Positions 32,604 to 46,400 of a DNA stretch of 47,977 nt are shown piece by piece (position 1 is the stretch's first letter; each line of letters opens with the position of its first letter). This DNA comes from Selaginella moellendorffii (taxonomy: Eukaryota; Plantae; Lycopodiophyta): contig NW_003314277.1 of NCBI RefSeq assembly GCF_000143415.4, positions 1,278,963 through 1,326,939 of the forward strand, read 5' to 3'. The notes beneath the pieces are model-generated. The model was not told where the DNA came from and made no database searches. It was given only the letters and a program-made list of their open reading frames with translations. Both the position numbers and the translations under genes were made by a program.

Positions 32604-35600
32604 ACCACACGACTGCGTCCTTGGTCACTGCCCCAGAGGACTGCTCCTCTTCCTTTCCACAGTCTGGGCCTTTGGGACAACATTTCGGAACACCGTAGCC
32701 TTACGCGAGCCACCTGGGTACTCTCCCCGCCTTCCGCCTTTAGGTGCTCTAGCCATGGGCTTAGAGCGAGGTTCCATTGAGCCACGACAGGTATCCAAGT
32801 AGGTAGTGCCACCCACACTTGGACTGGGAGCATCAGCCAGTCGATCTCCTGGGGGAACTAGAGCCGGCTCTTGAACACTTCACCAAGCTACCCCGCTTGT
32901 CGGTCCGTGTTCACTCTAGTCTTGGACTTCCCAGTGGGCAGCTCATCACCCACCACTGGGTCTGGCCTTCCTGGGCCAAACTGGCCTTTCCTGGCCAAAC
33001 TGGCTCCACTGCAATCCTCCCCCTACTATACTTTTGGAGCTCACCAAACCCCCCAGGGTCTGGGAGACGAACGCTTTGGGCTTTCACCCTCTCAGACTCG
33101 GACTCGGACTCGGACTCGGACTCGGACTCGGACTCGGACTCGGATTCGGACTCGGACTCGGACTTGGACTCGGACTCGGACTCGGGCTCGGGCTCGGTCT
33201 CGGCCTCGGCCTCGGTCTTGGTCTCGGTCCCAATCTCGGTCTCGGTCTCGGTCCCGGTCCCGGTCTCGGTCTCGGTCTCGGTCTCGACTTCGGACTCCAT
33301 CTCGGGTCCATCTCGGACTCCATCTCGGGTCCATCTCAGACTCCATCTCGGACTCCATCTCGGACTCCATCTCGGACTCCATCTCGGGTCCATCTCGGAC
33401 TCCATCTCGGGTCCATCTCGGACTCCATCTTGTGTCCATCTCGGGTCCATCTCGGACTCCATTTCGTGTCCATCTCGGGTCCATCTCGGACTCCATCTCG
33501 GGTCCATCTCGGACTCCATCTCGGACTCCATTTCGGGTCCATCTTGGGTCCACCTCGGACTCCACCTCGGACTCCATCTCGGACTCCATCTCGGGTCCAT
33601 CTCGGACTCCATCTCGGGTCCGTCTCGGACTCAATCTCGGATCCATCTCGGACTCCATCTCGGGTCCCTCTTGGACTCCACCTCGGACTCCATCTCGAGT
33701 CCATCTCGGACACTTCCACGTGTCATGTGTTGGTCCTTTTGGGTCCCTTTTTTTTTTGGAGCCTCGCTTATTGCTCGCTTCGTGCTCATTCTTCGAGCCC
33801 TTTGTTGGGAGTTCCACTCCCGCTCTCGACCTTTCAAGTTGGGGCTTTTAGTCCAAACGTGTTACGCTCGTTTGGTTTTCGCTTTGGCCACCACCACATG
33901 GCACCCTTCCGGCTCCACTTTGGGGCCTAAGGATTTTGTGTCTCACAACTCCACCACCCATAGACGAAGTTCGATGTCCTCATCGAACGATAAACCCTTT
34001 CATAAAGTAACACCTGCACGTGTTACCATTTCCATCCTTGGCACCCAGCCAATATCTGTCTATGGTTTGACACCAAAGGCTCACCATGCCTTGTCTATCC
34101 TCTAAGGAGCATAACCTCTCCAACTTAGAGGCTCATTTGACCACTTATGGTGGTTCTCTCCTTTTATTGGTTTAGTTCTCACTAAACCTGGTAGAGACAC
34201 CTTCTCTAACTCGATCCCACTACTCGTTCTCGAGTGGTTTCACTTTCTAGCACTATAACCCTTGCACTTTGGAACCTTTAATTCTGACTTCTCGAAGTTA
34301 ATTTCCTAGGTGTCTCCGACACCTTGCATTGCACATATTGTGCAACTCCACTTCCTCATCCTAGGAAGTTCTCCACTTGAGGGCACCATCATCCTCTGTT
34401 CGATTTCATGCCACCTTTGGCACTGAGTTCCAGTTATCATATTTTGTGCTAGGGCTGTCCACGGCCCTATCTTTTGGCTACTTTGCCGCTCCCTCACTTG
34501 GAGCTTTTACTTCGCCAAATTGGAGCACTTAGGAATCCATCCTTGGAAGTCCACTTCCTTTCCCACAAGCCGTTAGCATCAAACACATTAGTGTTCCTTG
34601 GCTAACTTTGCCAGTTGGATCCCTTCCATTAAATTCCATGGCCCAAATTTGGCCACTAATCCTTTGCTCCTATCCTTGATTGTTGCACTCAGCAACACAG
34701 GATCGCTACCTCCATTTTCGAGGTATCCCTTCGGTTCCATAGCAAAGACTCTTCTTTGCCAAGTTCGGAGGATGTTCACTCCTAGTATGTCTCTTTAGCA
34801 TCTTCTGCTATGGGCTCTATCCACGGCCCAACTTTGTGACCCTTCCATGGGTCTTTATAGAAACTACTTTCCTCGGACTCACTATGCTATCGCACAGACA
34901 CAACTTATTTCCCTTAAGTGCTTTTCCCACTTGGTCACCTTGACCAAGCCACACCATCTTAAATAGTTCAAATTAACATTTTGAACCAGGAACTTCATTC
35001 TTTAGCCAACCAAGGACCTTGTCCTTATTTGGCTATAAGATCACCTAGTGATCTCACCTTGGCACCTTAACAGAGTTGCCAAGAGGTATTTGGTCTTTTA
35101 GACCTTCAAGTTGTTGACTATAACCCCGGGGGCATCCCCCACACTTGGCGGTGCACCCAAGCCAACCCTCACGGCCAAGGGTCCATAGCAACTGAGATTA
35201 GGTGTCCCCATCTCACTCACCACGTCCTTCGTGCCACTTGCACCAAAGCGTTCAAGTTAGATATGCCGAGCTTTCATACTAAGCAATCTAACTGTGCATC
35301 ACGACTCCGAGGCATCCCTCGCTTGGCGGTGTGCCCAAACCAGTCTCCCCACTGAGAGTCCATGACCACCGAAATATGAGTGTCCCCATATTCCAAACCA
35401 TCACCACGCCCTAGTGATTTGGGACTCGAACCCAAGCACTAGAGGGTCGGGACTCGAACCCAACCTCCGTATATGCATCTACGGACGGCATCACACAAGA
35501 TGCTTGGCGTGACTCCCCACGCCGGTGCACCAACCTATATTTGAAGTGCGCTACAGATCACAGCTTAGGAACCTAGTTCCTCCGCACTGCCAAGTCCTCT

Positions 35601-38600
35601 CACTTGACATGTCTGTGATCATGCATGGACTCCTCCATGCTCGGCCCCATGGCCCACCCTTTTTGAAGTTATCACCTTCAATTAGGGTATTTGTTCCCCC
35701 GATGTGCCAATCTCGCTTGGCAAGTCCTCCGACCACTATAACATGGTTCATGCAGAAGCGTGAAAGTCCTTGACCATCGACTTTCGTTCAAAGCCCTCTC
35801 TTTGAACACTCGGGAACTACTTCCCTAACCTTGATAGCCTTGCCTCATGGCAAGCTTCAAGACCACGCTTCTGCTGCGCCACTCTGATTTCGCGCATTCC
35901 ATGAACCATTTACACTTGGCCTTTCTAGGTACTAAGCTACCTAGAATCGTCTTTGGGAACCTTGAAGGAACTCTGTCCCTCAGCTTGCTAAGGCTTCCCT
36001 TTTCGCAAGCTTTATAGTTGCCATATAGTCTAACATGGACAATTCCATATTTTAGACTCTCCATGGCATCATGGTTGCTAGCAACAACATCCTCGAGCAC
36101 CCTCTTGATTCTCCACTCCCAACTTGCATAACCACTATGGGATATGCCTTTTGATTTCTATGGTTCAGTTCCATCCCAATACTATTTGCCTTTTGGCCCC
36201 ATATGTTTCCTTTGGTTATTCTCCTCCAAACTAGGAGGATAGCTTTGCACATTTTACTATGCCTTAGCGAGTATTCTTAGGGATGAACCTACCCGATAGC
36301 ATAGGGAGTGGTTCCTCAATCTTGGGCATGCTCACTTTATAATCCCACATATTGGGATTAACGTTGCTGCTTATGGGCCTTTACATGCCCATCACTAGCC
36401 TTGCCAAAATTCCATTTTTGGCTTTGTCCAATTCGGGTAGACAGTCTTCTCCTGTCTCCACAACCTTGGACATTTGGATAACACCTACTATCCATCATTC
36501 GCTAGGGATTTAGTCCCTTGGGCCTTATCTATTGCCCTTGCGACATGAAACACCACCTCCTGGTGTTCTAAAGTGTTTAGGTGTCCCAATGATGGCCTCC
36601 TGACAATGAGCATTCCCGTTTACGACATTGACTTACTATATTGCAACATAAACAATTTATCCCCCGTAAGGGTATATCTAACTTCCTTATGCCATTAAGA
36701 AGTCTTGGGTAGCTACCTTCTACCCATTTAACTAATTATCTTGCACCTCTTGCTTAGTTGCCCCATAATTGTCAAGTCCTACAACTCATTGCTTGGTGCT
36801 TCCACACCTCCATCATTATCCGGGTCACCACACTCTAACCGCATGCCTTCCAGCTTAGGCTATGCCATTCTCATTTCCATTGAGATTCCTTTGGATGGGG
36901 TTCTCATGAACCCGCCAACTTGACCTCAAGGCAGCACGCCTTGGCACCTTCGGTGTCTCCACACCATCGGCTCCACGAACCTATCCTTATAACATTACTT
37001 ATTAGTGTTTAGGTCTTTGCCAAGACCACTATAGTTGTTCCTCATGCTAACTATCCGTTAGCACCACACCATAGTGTTTGCACCCAACTCTGGGCCAAAG
37101 TTGCTTTCTTCTGGGAACATCTTTCCCACGACTTTAATATGGCACATTCTGCCATCAATGAGATACTCACTGTTCTTATACTTGGATCTTATGATCCTCC
37201 CCATACCTCATGGGGCACCATACACCTCCGTCCAAATGCTTCAACCAATCCCTTAGGACCATTCCCTGACTCCACTTGAGTCATCCAGCATTTTAGACTT
37301 TGTTAATCCAATGACCTGCGAGGTCTTAGTTTTAGAGGTGTCAACTCGCTGGAATACAACTTCTTGTATTCAGGTCCTACTCACAAGGACCATCTTTGCA
37401 AGTGTTACTCTGACACTTGATTTGTTCTCTTGGGGCAACCTTTTGCCCCTTAGGACCACTTGTCCATGTGATGAGAATACCAACTCAGCCTCTAAGTACA
37501 CCCCCAACTCCTTGGGTTGTTCCAGCATATATTAGAGGTAGCCCCGGCTACCACTTCAAGGACTCATGTCCTCACCCCTGCTTGACCTCTCATGGTCATC
37601 CATTCCGGTCTCACCTTCATGAGCACCAGCCTCAACTATGTGAGGATAATCTTGTGACTCCTTTATTGTTTTAGAGTCTCTATCTTTCCCGTGATCCCAA
37701 CTATACTTGTTTACCACAACTACCTTAGCCAATTTGTTGAGACAAATGCTCATCCGGATCACATCCTCAACTCAATGAGGAAAACCTTGCACTGTTCCCA
37801 AGATCCCAAAGTCGTTCCATTATTGGCCCTTTTCTATCCACCACCTCACCTACAAGTTCACACATGAACTGTAATGGAGAGCCATGCCTTCCCGACTTGC
37901 TACTCCTCAAGGATAGGCCCACTCCTCGGACCTTCCGATGCCAACACTAGTGGTGATATACTTGAGCACCAATAAAAGTCGGACTAAGGAATAGCTCCGA
38001 TACCAAATTGTAAGCGACTAAATTTTCCATTCTACTTTAGTCACTTAACCACACCTCCGACCACTTGGAGGAGTCTCATTCACAACCTCCATAAGTCCAA
38101 TTCGGGACTTGGGACTTGATAGCCCCGAGAATGGCATCCATGCCACTCAACATTTGCACTTGGTCCAAGTGCTCCACGTGTCTGATCCCATGACCGACAC
38201 TCAAAGGTACCACCGACATGGCAGCTTGTTACGCTAAGGCCATGCCCAATCACCTTTGCCACACTAGTAGTCCAATACCACTTGCATCACAGTCTTGGCT
38301 CTCCAAGACTAGGCACACCATCCGTGAGTGGTCATCTCAGATCCACTCCTTAGCATCCTTAGGATGCCCACCGACAAGGGAAATAGCCTTCCCCAATATC
38401 CCTCTGTCAGTCCCCACTAAGTCCCTTTCTGCCTTTGGCCGTGTTTGCCAACATTGCCACTGGATCGAGGCCCATAGGCCCGACCACTAAGTCCCACGGT
38501 CCTCTGGGACTTCCTCACCACACGACTGCGTCCTTGGTCACTGCCCCAGAGGACTGCTCCTCTTCCTTTCCATAGTCTAGGCCTTTGGGACAACATTTTG

Positions 38601-39819
38601 GAACACCGTAGCCTTACGCGAGCCACCTGGGTACTCTCCCCGCCTTCCGCCTTTAGGTGCTCTAGCCATGGGCTTAGAGCGAGGTTCCGTTGAGCCACGA
38701 CAGGTATCCAAGTAGGTAGTGCCACCCACACTTGGACTGGGAGCATCGGCCAGTCGATCTCCCGGGGGAACTAGAGCCGGCTCTTGAACACTTCACCAAG
38801 CTACCCCGCTTGTCGGTCCGTGTTCACTCTAGTCTTGGACTTCCCAGTGGGCAGCTCATCACCCACCACTGGGTCCGGCCTTCCTGGGCCAAACTGGCCT
38901 TTCCTGGCCAAACTGGCTCCACTGCAATCCTCCCCCTACTATACTTTTGGAGCTCACCAAACCCCCCAGAGTCTGGGAGACGAACGCTTTGGGCTTTCAC
39001 CCTCTCAGACTCGAACTCGGACTCAGACTCGGACTCGGACTCGGACTCGGACTCGGACTTGGACTCGGACTCGGACTTGGGCTTGGGCTCGGTCTCGGCC
39101 TCGGCCTCGGTCTTGGTCTCGGTCCCGATCTCGGTCTCGGTCTCGGTCCCGGTCTCGGTCTCGGTCTCGACTTCGGACTCCATCTCGGGTCCATCTCGGA
39201 CTCCATCTCGGGTCCATCTCGGACTCCATCTCGGACTCCATCTCGGGTCCATCTTGGACTCCATCTCGGGTCCATCTCGGACTCCATCTTGTGTCCATCT
39301 CGGGTCCATCTCGGACTCCATTTCGTGTCCATCTCGGGTCCATCTCGGACTCCATCTCGGACTCCATTTCGGGTCCATCTCGGGTCCACCTCGGACTCCA
39401 CCTCGGACTCCATCTCGGACTCCATCTCGGGTCCATCTCGGACTCCATCTCGGGTCCGTCTCGGACTCAATCTCGGATCCATCTCGGACTCCATCTCGGG
39501 TCCATCTCGGACTCCACCTCGGACTCCATCTCGGGGTCCTTCTTGGACTCCACTTCGGACTCCAACTCGAGTCCATCTCGGACACTTCCACGTGTCATGT
39601 GTTGGTCCTTTTGGGTCCCTTTTTTTTTTGGAGCCTCGCTTATTGCTCGCTTCGTGCTCGTTCTTCGAGCCCTTTGTTGGGAGTTCCACTCCCGCTCTCG
39701 ACCTTTCAAGTTGGGGCTTTTAGTCCAAACGTGTTACGCTCGTTTGGTTTTCGCTTTGGCCACCACCACATGGCACCCTTCCGGCTCCACTTTGGGGCCT
39801 AAGGATTTTGTGTCTCACA
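32604..39819 (-). mobile_element. Inverted copy of the non-autonomous LTR family (element D); 3' LTR truncated by the DNA transposon
   Basis: 5' LTR 38009-39819, PBS 37994-38005, interior 33948-38008 collinear with element A. The 3' LTR 32604-33947 lacks the ~500 bp equivalent to 38009-38516. Confidence 0.9.
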
Positions 39820-40545
39820 GCACTTCGACCGCTTCGGCTTTAAACCAACATCCCTTAGCCAATCCAACACTTTACATATATCACGAATGTGCTCTTCCCA
39901 CGTCCCCTCCGAGTGAATCAAGATATCATCAATGAAGTCAGCAGTCATCTCTGGCATATCACAAAGAACTTTGTCCATCATCCGCTGGAAAGTTGCTGGA
40001 GCATTGTTCAAAGCAAACGACATCACCAAGAACTCGTACAAACCAAACAGTGTATGAAAAGCAGTCTTATGAATATCTTCTTCAGCCATCGGTACTTGCC
40101 AGTACCCAGAAGCAACATCTAGCTTGGTGAACCAACGACTTCGCCCCTGACGATCCAAGAGATCAGCAGTGTGAGGAAGAGGGTACATCATCACTTCATT
40201 TAACGGATGATAGTCAATGTAGAAACGAATGCTCCCATCAATCTTCGTCACAAGATGAGGTTCACATGCCCAAAGACTCCGTGACTTCCGAATACCACCC
40301 TTCTCCAACATCTCCTTGACGTTTGCACGTAAAATCTTGATCTCCTTGGGTGACTGAGGACGAATAGGAACCTTGATTGGACGAGCATCCCCGGTTGGAA
40401 TGGGATGACATGTGGCAATCTTGGCCCTAGACGATAGGTCAAATTCAAAGAGATCAGAATACTCCTTCATGAGCCGGTCAACAGCTGCAACACAAAGATC
40501 GTCGGAGGGATCGAAAAAGGGAAGAGCAGAACAAGATGGAAACAC
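39820..40545 (-). pseudogene. Gypsy reverse transcriptase (truncated)
   Basis: FTKLDVASGYWQVPM...KTAFHTLFGLYEFLVMSFALNNAPATFQRMM...FIDDILIHS. Confidence 0.93.
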
Positions 40546-40692
40546 AGGAGGAAATAGTGGGGAAACAAAAGTAATGGAAGTAGAGGTAGAAGTAGAAGGA
40601 CAAAGAGGTACGGAAGTGAGAGGAATGGATGAAACATAAGGAAGTATGAGACAAGGGGGAGAAGCCTCAAAGTCACACTTGGCATGATTGCA

Positions 40693-41000
40693 TTACAACC
40701 AATCCATACCAAGAATGAGGTCAAAAGCTTGACTCAGCACCACCTGCAATGCCTGCAGCTCAAGCTCGAGATCACCTACACGCACAACCAGGTCCGCCTC
40801 ATCTCGTGCACATGCATGTGTATGTCCGTTGCTATAAAGAATGAAAATTGGGTCCGCTGCACGACGCAAGTGTAGATGACAAGGTGTGGCAATAGGTCGA
40901 GCAATAGAAGATAAACTCGAACCTGTATCAACCAACACGAAGAGAATAATAGGAGACCTCTTGTTATAAAAACGAGCTTGGAAAGTAAACACTGGATGAA
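40693..41000 (-). pseudogene. Retroviral-type aspartic protease
   Basis: VLVDTGSS and FDLILGMDWL, followed by a stop. Confidence 0.9.
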
Positions 41001-41199
41001 CCGGTGCCGAGTAAACCCCTTGATGATACTCCCGAAAGAAAGATGGAGAGGTCACTAACTTATTTGCGCAAGGTCCCTCTGTTACTCGCGCAACTCCTCG
41101 TTTCCCGAATGTACCGCGGTGTCCAAATCTTCCAGCAGCACCAATGGGACGTTGTTGACGCCAAGGTCTCCACCCGGAAATGGAGGTCGCCAATCCGGA

Positions 41200-41966
41200 A
41201 AGCGCCGATAATGCTAATAAGTATGACCAACTTCATCACACGCCCAGCAACGAACATCACGGCCACGACCAAGTCCTCACCCTTGTCCTTGGACTCAAGT
41301 AGCAGCAGCATCAACCTCCATTGGAACAGGACCATCACTCATAGGAAGTGGAGCTGAAGGACGTGTAGCGAGAAGTGGAAGAGGCGATGTCTCATAACGT
41401 TGTGCCAAGCGAAGAGCATCATCAAGGGTGGCACGAGCAAGTCCATACACAAGTCCAACAAGATCTTGACGAAGTGCTGGCCACAACATTCCTAGCTTGA
41501 TTCGCTCCAACATATTGGGCTCCGCACGAAGCAAAAGACTTCGGAAACGAACGCCAAATTGCATCACCGACTCAGATAGCCCTTAGCGAAGATGATGCAA
41601 TTGTTAAAAGGCATCATCACAATCGTCAGCATGTCCGAAGGCACGTTTGAAGACGTCCGGAAAAACACTCCAATCCCCACGAGTGGCTGCGCTCAATCCA
41701 TTGTACCACTGCAACGCTGTCCCTTGGAGGCACGTGGGAAACTCACGGAAACGTCGAGCATCATCCCAAGAATGATATGTGGCAATCACCGTGAAATGAT
41801 CGAACCAATAGTACACATCATCCCCAGGATTCCCACGAAAGAACTTCGGCCAAACGCGAGGATTGGCACCAAGAGCAGGAAGAGTTGGACCACGTGCCGT
41901 GAATACCGCCATCAATTGAGTTTGGTTGTTCAATTGCAAGCACATAGCATCAAGCAATTGGACCAA
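41200..41966 (-). pseudogene. Gag (disrupted)
   Basis: PKFFRGNPGDDVYYWFDHF...CLQGTALQWYN...; ATLDDALRLAQRYE; GPVPMEVD; split across frames. Confidence 0.85.
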
Positions 41967-44649
41967 CTGCTACTCTAGAGTCAAAGGAGAAGATTGCTAA
42001 TCTGCCATGAAGGCGGACGAAGAAAGAGCAAAAGAAGAGAAACGACAAAAAGCAAGAAGGAAATGGGAGATCTAAGCAATGCAAAAAGTTAGATTTAAGC
42101 CAAAATCCTGAAAGGGAAGAACAAAAAAAAAGAAATGGAAAAAGCTAGATCTAGACAATGCAAAAAGCTATATCTAAACTAAAATCCCAAATTCAAGCAC
42201 TCCTCAGGGACAATCAAAGGTGCTCCTCACCTCCACCAATGTGAGTGCTTGGAATATGAAAAGGGAATACAGAAATGTGTATATCAATTAGCCCAAAAAC
42301 CCTAATTTATATACAGGAGCGAGTGGTCCGGATTAAAACCAATATCATGGCTACCAAAATCCCATTACGCTAATATTAGTATATGGCATTGTAGCCGTAC
42401 ACTTGGCCCTCACATATTCAACTTTTTAATTTTGGCCTTTTACATAATAATTAAATTAATTATAGCTCAAATAAAAACTAAGATAGTGTTCATTTTTTAT
42501 AAAATATTTAAGCTTACTTGGTGGAAGCTTTCTTTTCTTTTTTTATTTTTTTGCAAAAAGGATTAATTTAGAATGTATTCCAATGAGTTAGTAAATATTA
42601 GTAATTACCTTTTTTCAATTTTTCTTAAAAATAGATAAATAAAATGTACTGCAGATATAGGTGATTTTAAATGACTAATGAAGTAGGTCATAATGGCTTT
42701 GAAACTATATAAAGTCTTAACAAATACCCTAAGTTATGATGAACACATGTGAAAGTTATAATTAAGACACTTAAAAGTGGTTGAAAGTATGGTTAAATAA
42801 CTAAAAGAAAATTTTGTCACTTACACATTTTTTCAAAGTTTTAATATCAATAATGATATTTCTTGAAATAGCAATAGTGGGATACTCATCCAAATAAACA
42901 TATTCTAAGTTAAATCTTTTTCTTTAGATTTTAATGAGATTATTACGAACATTAGAGTAATTGACTATTCCTAAAAGTTTATAGATACTTAGAGTATTCA
43001 TATATATATTTTAAAATGTTAAAAAATTAAAAAGATTTCTATTCAATAATTTATGTAGATTTTTATTTTTATTTAAAATCAGTTTTAAAATTTTATGTTT
43101 TTCTTTGCAAGGTAAATCTCTATGGTAGTGAGATCTTCCTTTGCTGCTCCCTCGTCACCTTACTGCATGGGGTCATCCTTTACTTGTGCTATTAGCTTTA
43201 TGATTTGAAATGGAGTAAGGTTATGTGGAAACACCCATACATGTAGGATCATTGTGTTGGAAGAAAAAAGGTTCACATAATTTCTAATTTTGATGTTATG
43301 TGTAAGTAAATATTGCCACTAAGCCATGCATAAGAATTCCTTGCTCCTGATTTAATAGAGCATGAATTTTTTTTCTATAAAAAGAAAAAATTCCAAAAAA
43401 GTGTAAATGTGGGGAGGTATATATATAATGATATAAATATATTGGTATCCCCTCATGTAAAGTATACTATCTCACTATCCTCAACTAACATAAATGACAG
43501 CCCAATTCCCAATGCTTTGAAAAAGAAATGAGATGAAGGACCACATTCTCAAAATTCAAACCATACTAGTAGGTAATTTACCTAAAAATGTATTAACATT
43601 AACAAAACAATATGAGATTTTGAACCCAAAAAGTTAGCAAATCACCGCACTATAGACGTGTACCAAAGTGTATGTCATTCAAATTACTACAAAACTCTCA
43701 GTTCTTTAGCCATGGAAAGAATCTAAAATAGAAACCACATACATTACCACGTGCATTAGAGAAGAATTGGCATAAATCAATTACTTACATACAAATATTG
43801 TGTTATAATTATTTACACTCCCCACAATAAACTCACTATAACAATTACAAAGCTCAAACCAAAAAGCAAAAGCCCTAGAAAGAAAAGTTTATGCAGTCAC
43901 TTTGTAAAACGCCCTAGCAAAATAAACCATTGTAATGCCAAAAATCTATATATGTGATTAAGATTGAGAAATTGATAGAACTAATGTTCTATAGCTCCTA
44001 TTTGATTCAATTGTTTATTGTAAAACCATAGCACTCAACCAGCCAAAAAAAGCTTTTGTGTCATTGCTTATTGTGACACTTTAAGCACTAATAGCCTAGA
44101 TTAGTGCACAATTATTGTATTATGCTCCAAGCACTGAAACAATAGCTTGTGGAATATCATGCCTTAAGGGATGGGAGGCCTACCTCCAAGCTGCTAAAAT
44201 GAACATAGCCGAAAGGTGTGCTCTTGTGTGAGAAATAAGAGTGCTATTATGTGAGAAATACAAGAGCTCTTTCATGAGAAATGAGAGGCAAATGACATAG
44301 TTGAATATGTGTAAAGGAAAGAAGAGAGAAGTCACAATTAAAAAAACTCACAAATCAAAGTGGAAAAAGGCAAGAATGAAAAAAAAACATTTACTAAATT
44401 TGTAGTGATATTATATTATTTGAAATGAAGTGGTACAGTCTAAAGTGTCAATGCCCCATGAATACATGGCATGTCCCACAACAAAACTATTATACATAGA
44501 ATTATATTTAAATTGCTCTTATAGCAATTGAAAACAAAAAATACATCCAGTTGCCATATTTAAAAATGCCCAGATATGCTTTGTGTATGGCAGGTTTCAT
44601 ATAGCACTTCTGCCTACAAGACTGAAGCATAAAATGTCACGTAATGACT

Positions 44650-46240
44650 TCAGAACCTCACCTACAACTAGTCTTTGGGATGGCTTGCAACAACATTGAC
44701 ATATCAGAGCCTCCAGCTCTGCTTTTGGCTTCCCGATGGCAGGCTACGACAAGACCAACTGGGAGAATGTCTTTCCAAGGCTGTAAAGGTCCACTGATCT
44801 TGAGTACACGCTCTCACCCTTTCTTCTACTTTCTTCACTCCACAGCTCGGGGGCCATGAAAATACTCGTCCCTACTGGAGCTGTATGTGAAAGTTCAGTA
44901 TTGAAGTTGATGCATGCAGTACCGAAATCAGCGATTTTCAGGACAAGCTGCTCTTCGTCCTCATCAGTGAAATCGATTAGAACGTTTTCTGGCTTGAGGT
45001 CTCTATGCACGATGTCATTTCCGTGCAAGAACTCGAGGCCCTTTCAGGAGCAGCATCTCAGCCAGTTGCAAGTGCGTGAGCTCTTTGTTCTTGCTTGCAT
45101 ACTCTTTTAGATCCATCCTCATTACCTCCATGACCAAGTGGGTACAGCTTTCGTCAACCTTCTTGTAGTAGCCGATGGTTTGAACAATGTGAGGAGCAGC
45201 CTGTATACTTGATAGTGCGTGCAGTTCTAGTGGTAGATGATCAAACTCCTTGACTACAACTAGCTTTTGATGCCACGTTCCTTTACGAACAACACCAAAG
45301 TTTCCTCTACTGAGCATTTCCCCGGAATGTACACTCACGTTCTCCAAATTCAACTCGGGCAGCTCTAAAGAATTTACTCTCTATAGTATGTATTCAGCAT
45401 AGTAACCTCTAAAATTCCCACGTTGGGCCTGTTGTTTCAGTGCGGCTTTGTCGACTTGGGCTGCTGCATGCAAATCTGGCAACAAAGTCTGAATGCAACT
45501 TCCGCCAATGAGCCCACACATGAAATGAAGTTCCTCAACGATCTCCTTGACTTCCAATTCCCTGCTGTATTTCACAGCTGCAAGCCACTCCCAATGCTCC
45601 TCAAGCTTGGAAGACTCTTGAATCACCCCGTTTGCTTTCCTGATGAATTGTCTTAGCCTCCTTAAGAAGAGCTTACTGCCTGCATACCCTCTCGCCATTT
45701 CAACGCTCGCCTTGCAAACCAAACGCAACAGCAAGAACTGTTCCTTATGGACTCCGACAGCACTTGCAGTCTGATCTATGTTCGTCATGATCTTATTGAG
45801 TTCAGCTTCATGCTCGACGCTGTGAATTTGTGGTGCAGGGATTCGAACCCGATATGAAGGATGTTCTTGATGGTCAACCGGGCCGTTCCACCATAGCTTG
45901 AGTGTCAACGAACCTCTCTCCATGATCACGATGCAGCCCAAGCTGATCTTCAGCGGGTACTCTTGCTGCTCGGAATCGGAAGGCCCAGCTGAACGATGCG
46001 AAACGTCACTACCCTCTATCTTGATTTTCCCCAGAGAACACCGATTCATGTAATTCAGAACAGAGACACCACCATGGCTTTGCTGCAATGCATCCCCCTC
46101 AACGTTGAGATCCAGGGTCTCGTTCCATTCCGGATTCAGAGTCCTGTGTCGTACTTGGGTCTTGACCTGCTGCCCGTCGAAACTCACCATACAGTAAGGA
46201 CTTGCTGATCTGCATCCATCTCTAACAGCGCTACGTATAC
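44650..46240 (-). pseudogene. C2 domain + helical bundle + Ser/Thr protein kinase gene, disrupted
   Basis: C2: SPYCMVSFDGQQVKTQVRHRTLNPEWNETL. Kinase: SRGNFGVVRKG, VVVKEF, HRDLKPENVLI, KIADFG, GTSIFMAPEL, VDLYSLG. Stop at 45381 and frameshift near 45040. Both ends are approximate. Confidence 0.85.
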
Positions 46241-46400
46241 CTGCACACCCCCTCCAAGCCAAGTCAAAGCCAGATACGAGAATATTCTGAAAATATTTCA
46301 TGGTTATGAAAGAGTTTAGGGTTCTTGGGTTAGGCGGGAAAAGGGCAGAGGCCACGTATAAAAGGAGTTTCGTATGGTCAAATTTAGATTTCAGAGAGCT

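Larger units (their letters stand above)
39820..42401 (-). mobile_element. 5' half of a decayed Ty3/Gypsy retrotransposon (element E), interrupted in RT by element D
   Basis: Short putative LTR 42240-42401 (TGTA...CACA, TATATAAAT), PBS TGGTGGAG, then gag, protease and RT in Gypsy order. Confidence 0.85.

Noticed and set aside
42402-44640. AT-rich 2.2 kb stretch
   Set aside because: No ORF, repeat or terminal structure I can support; treated as intergenic.
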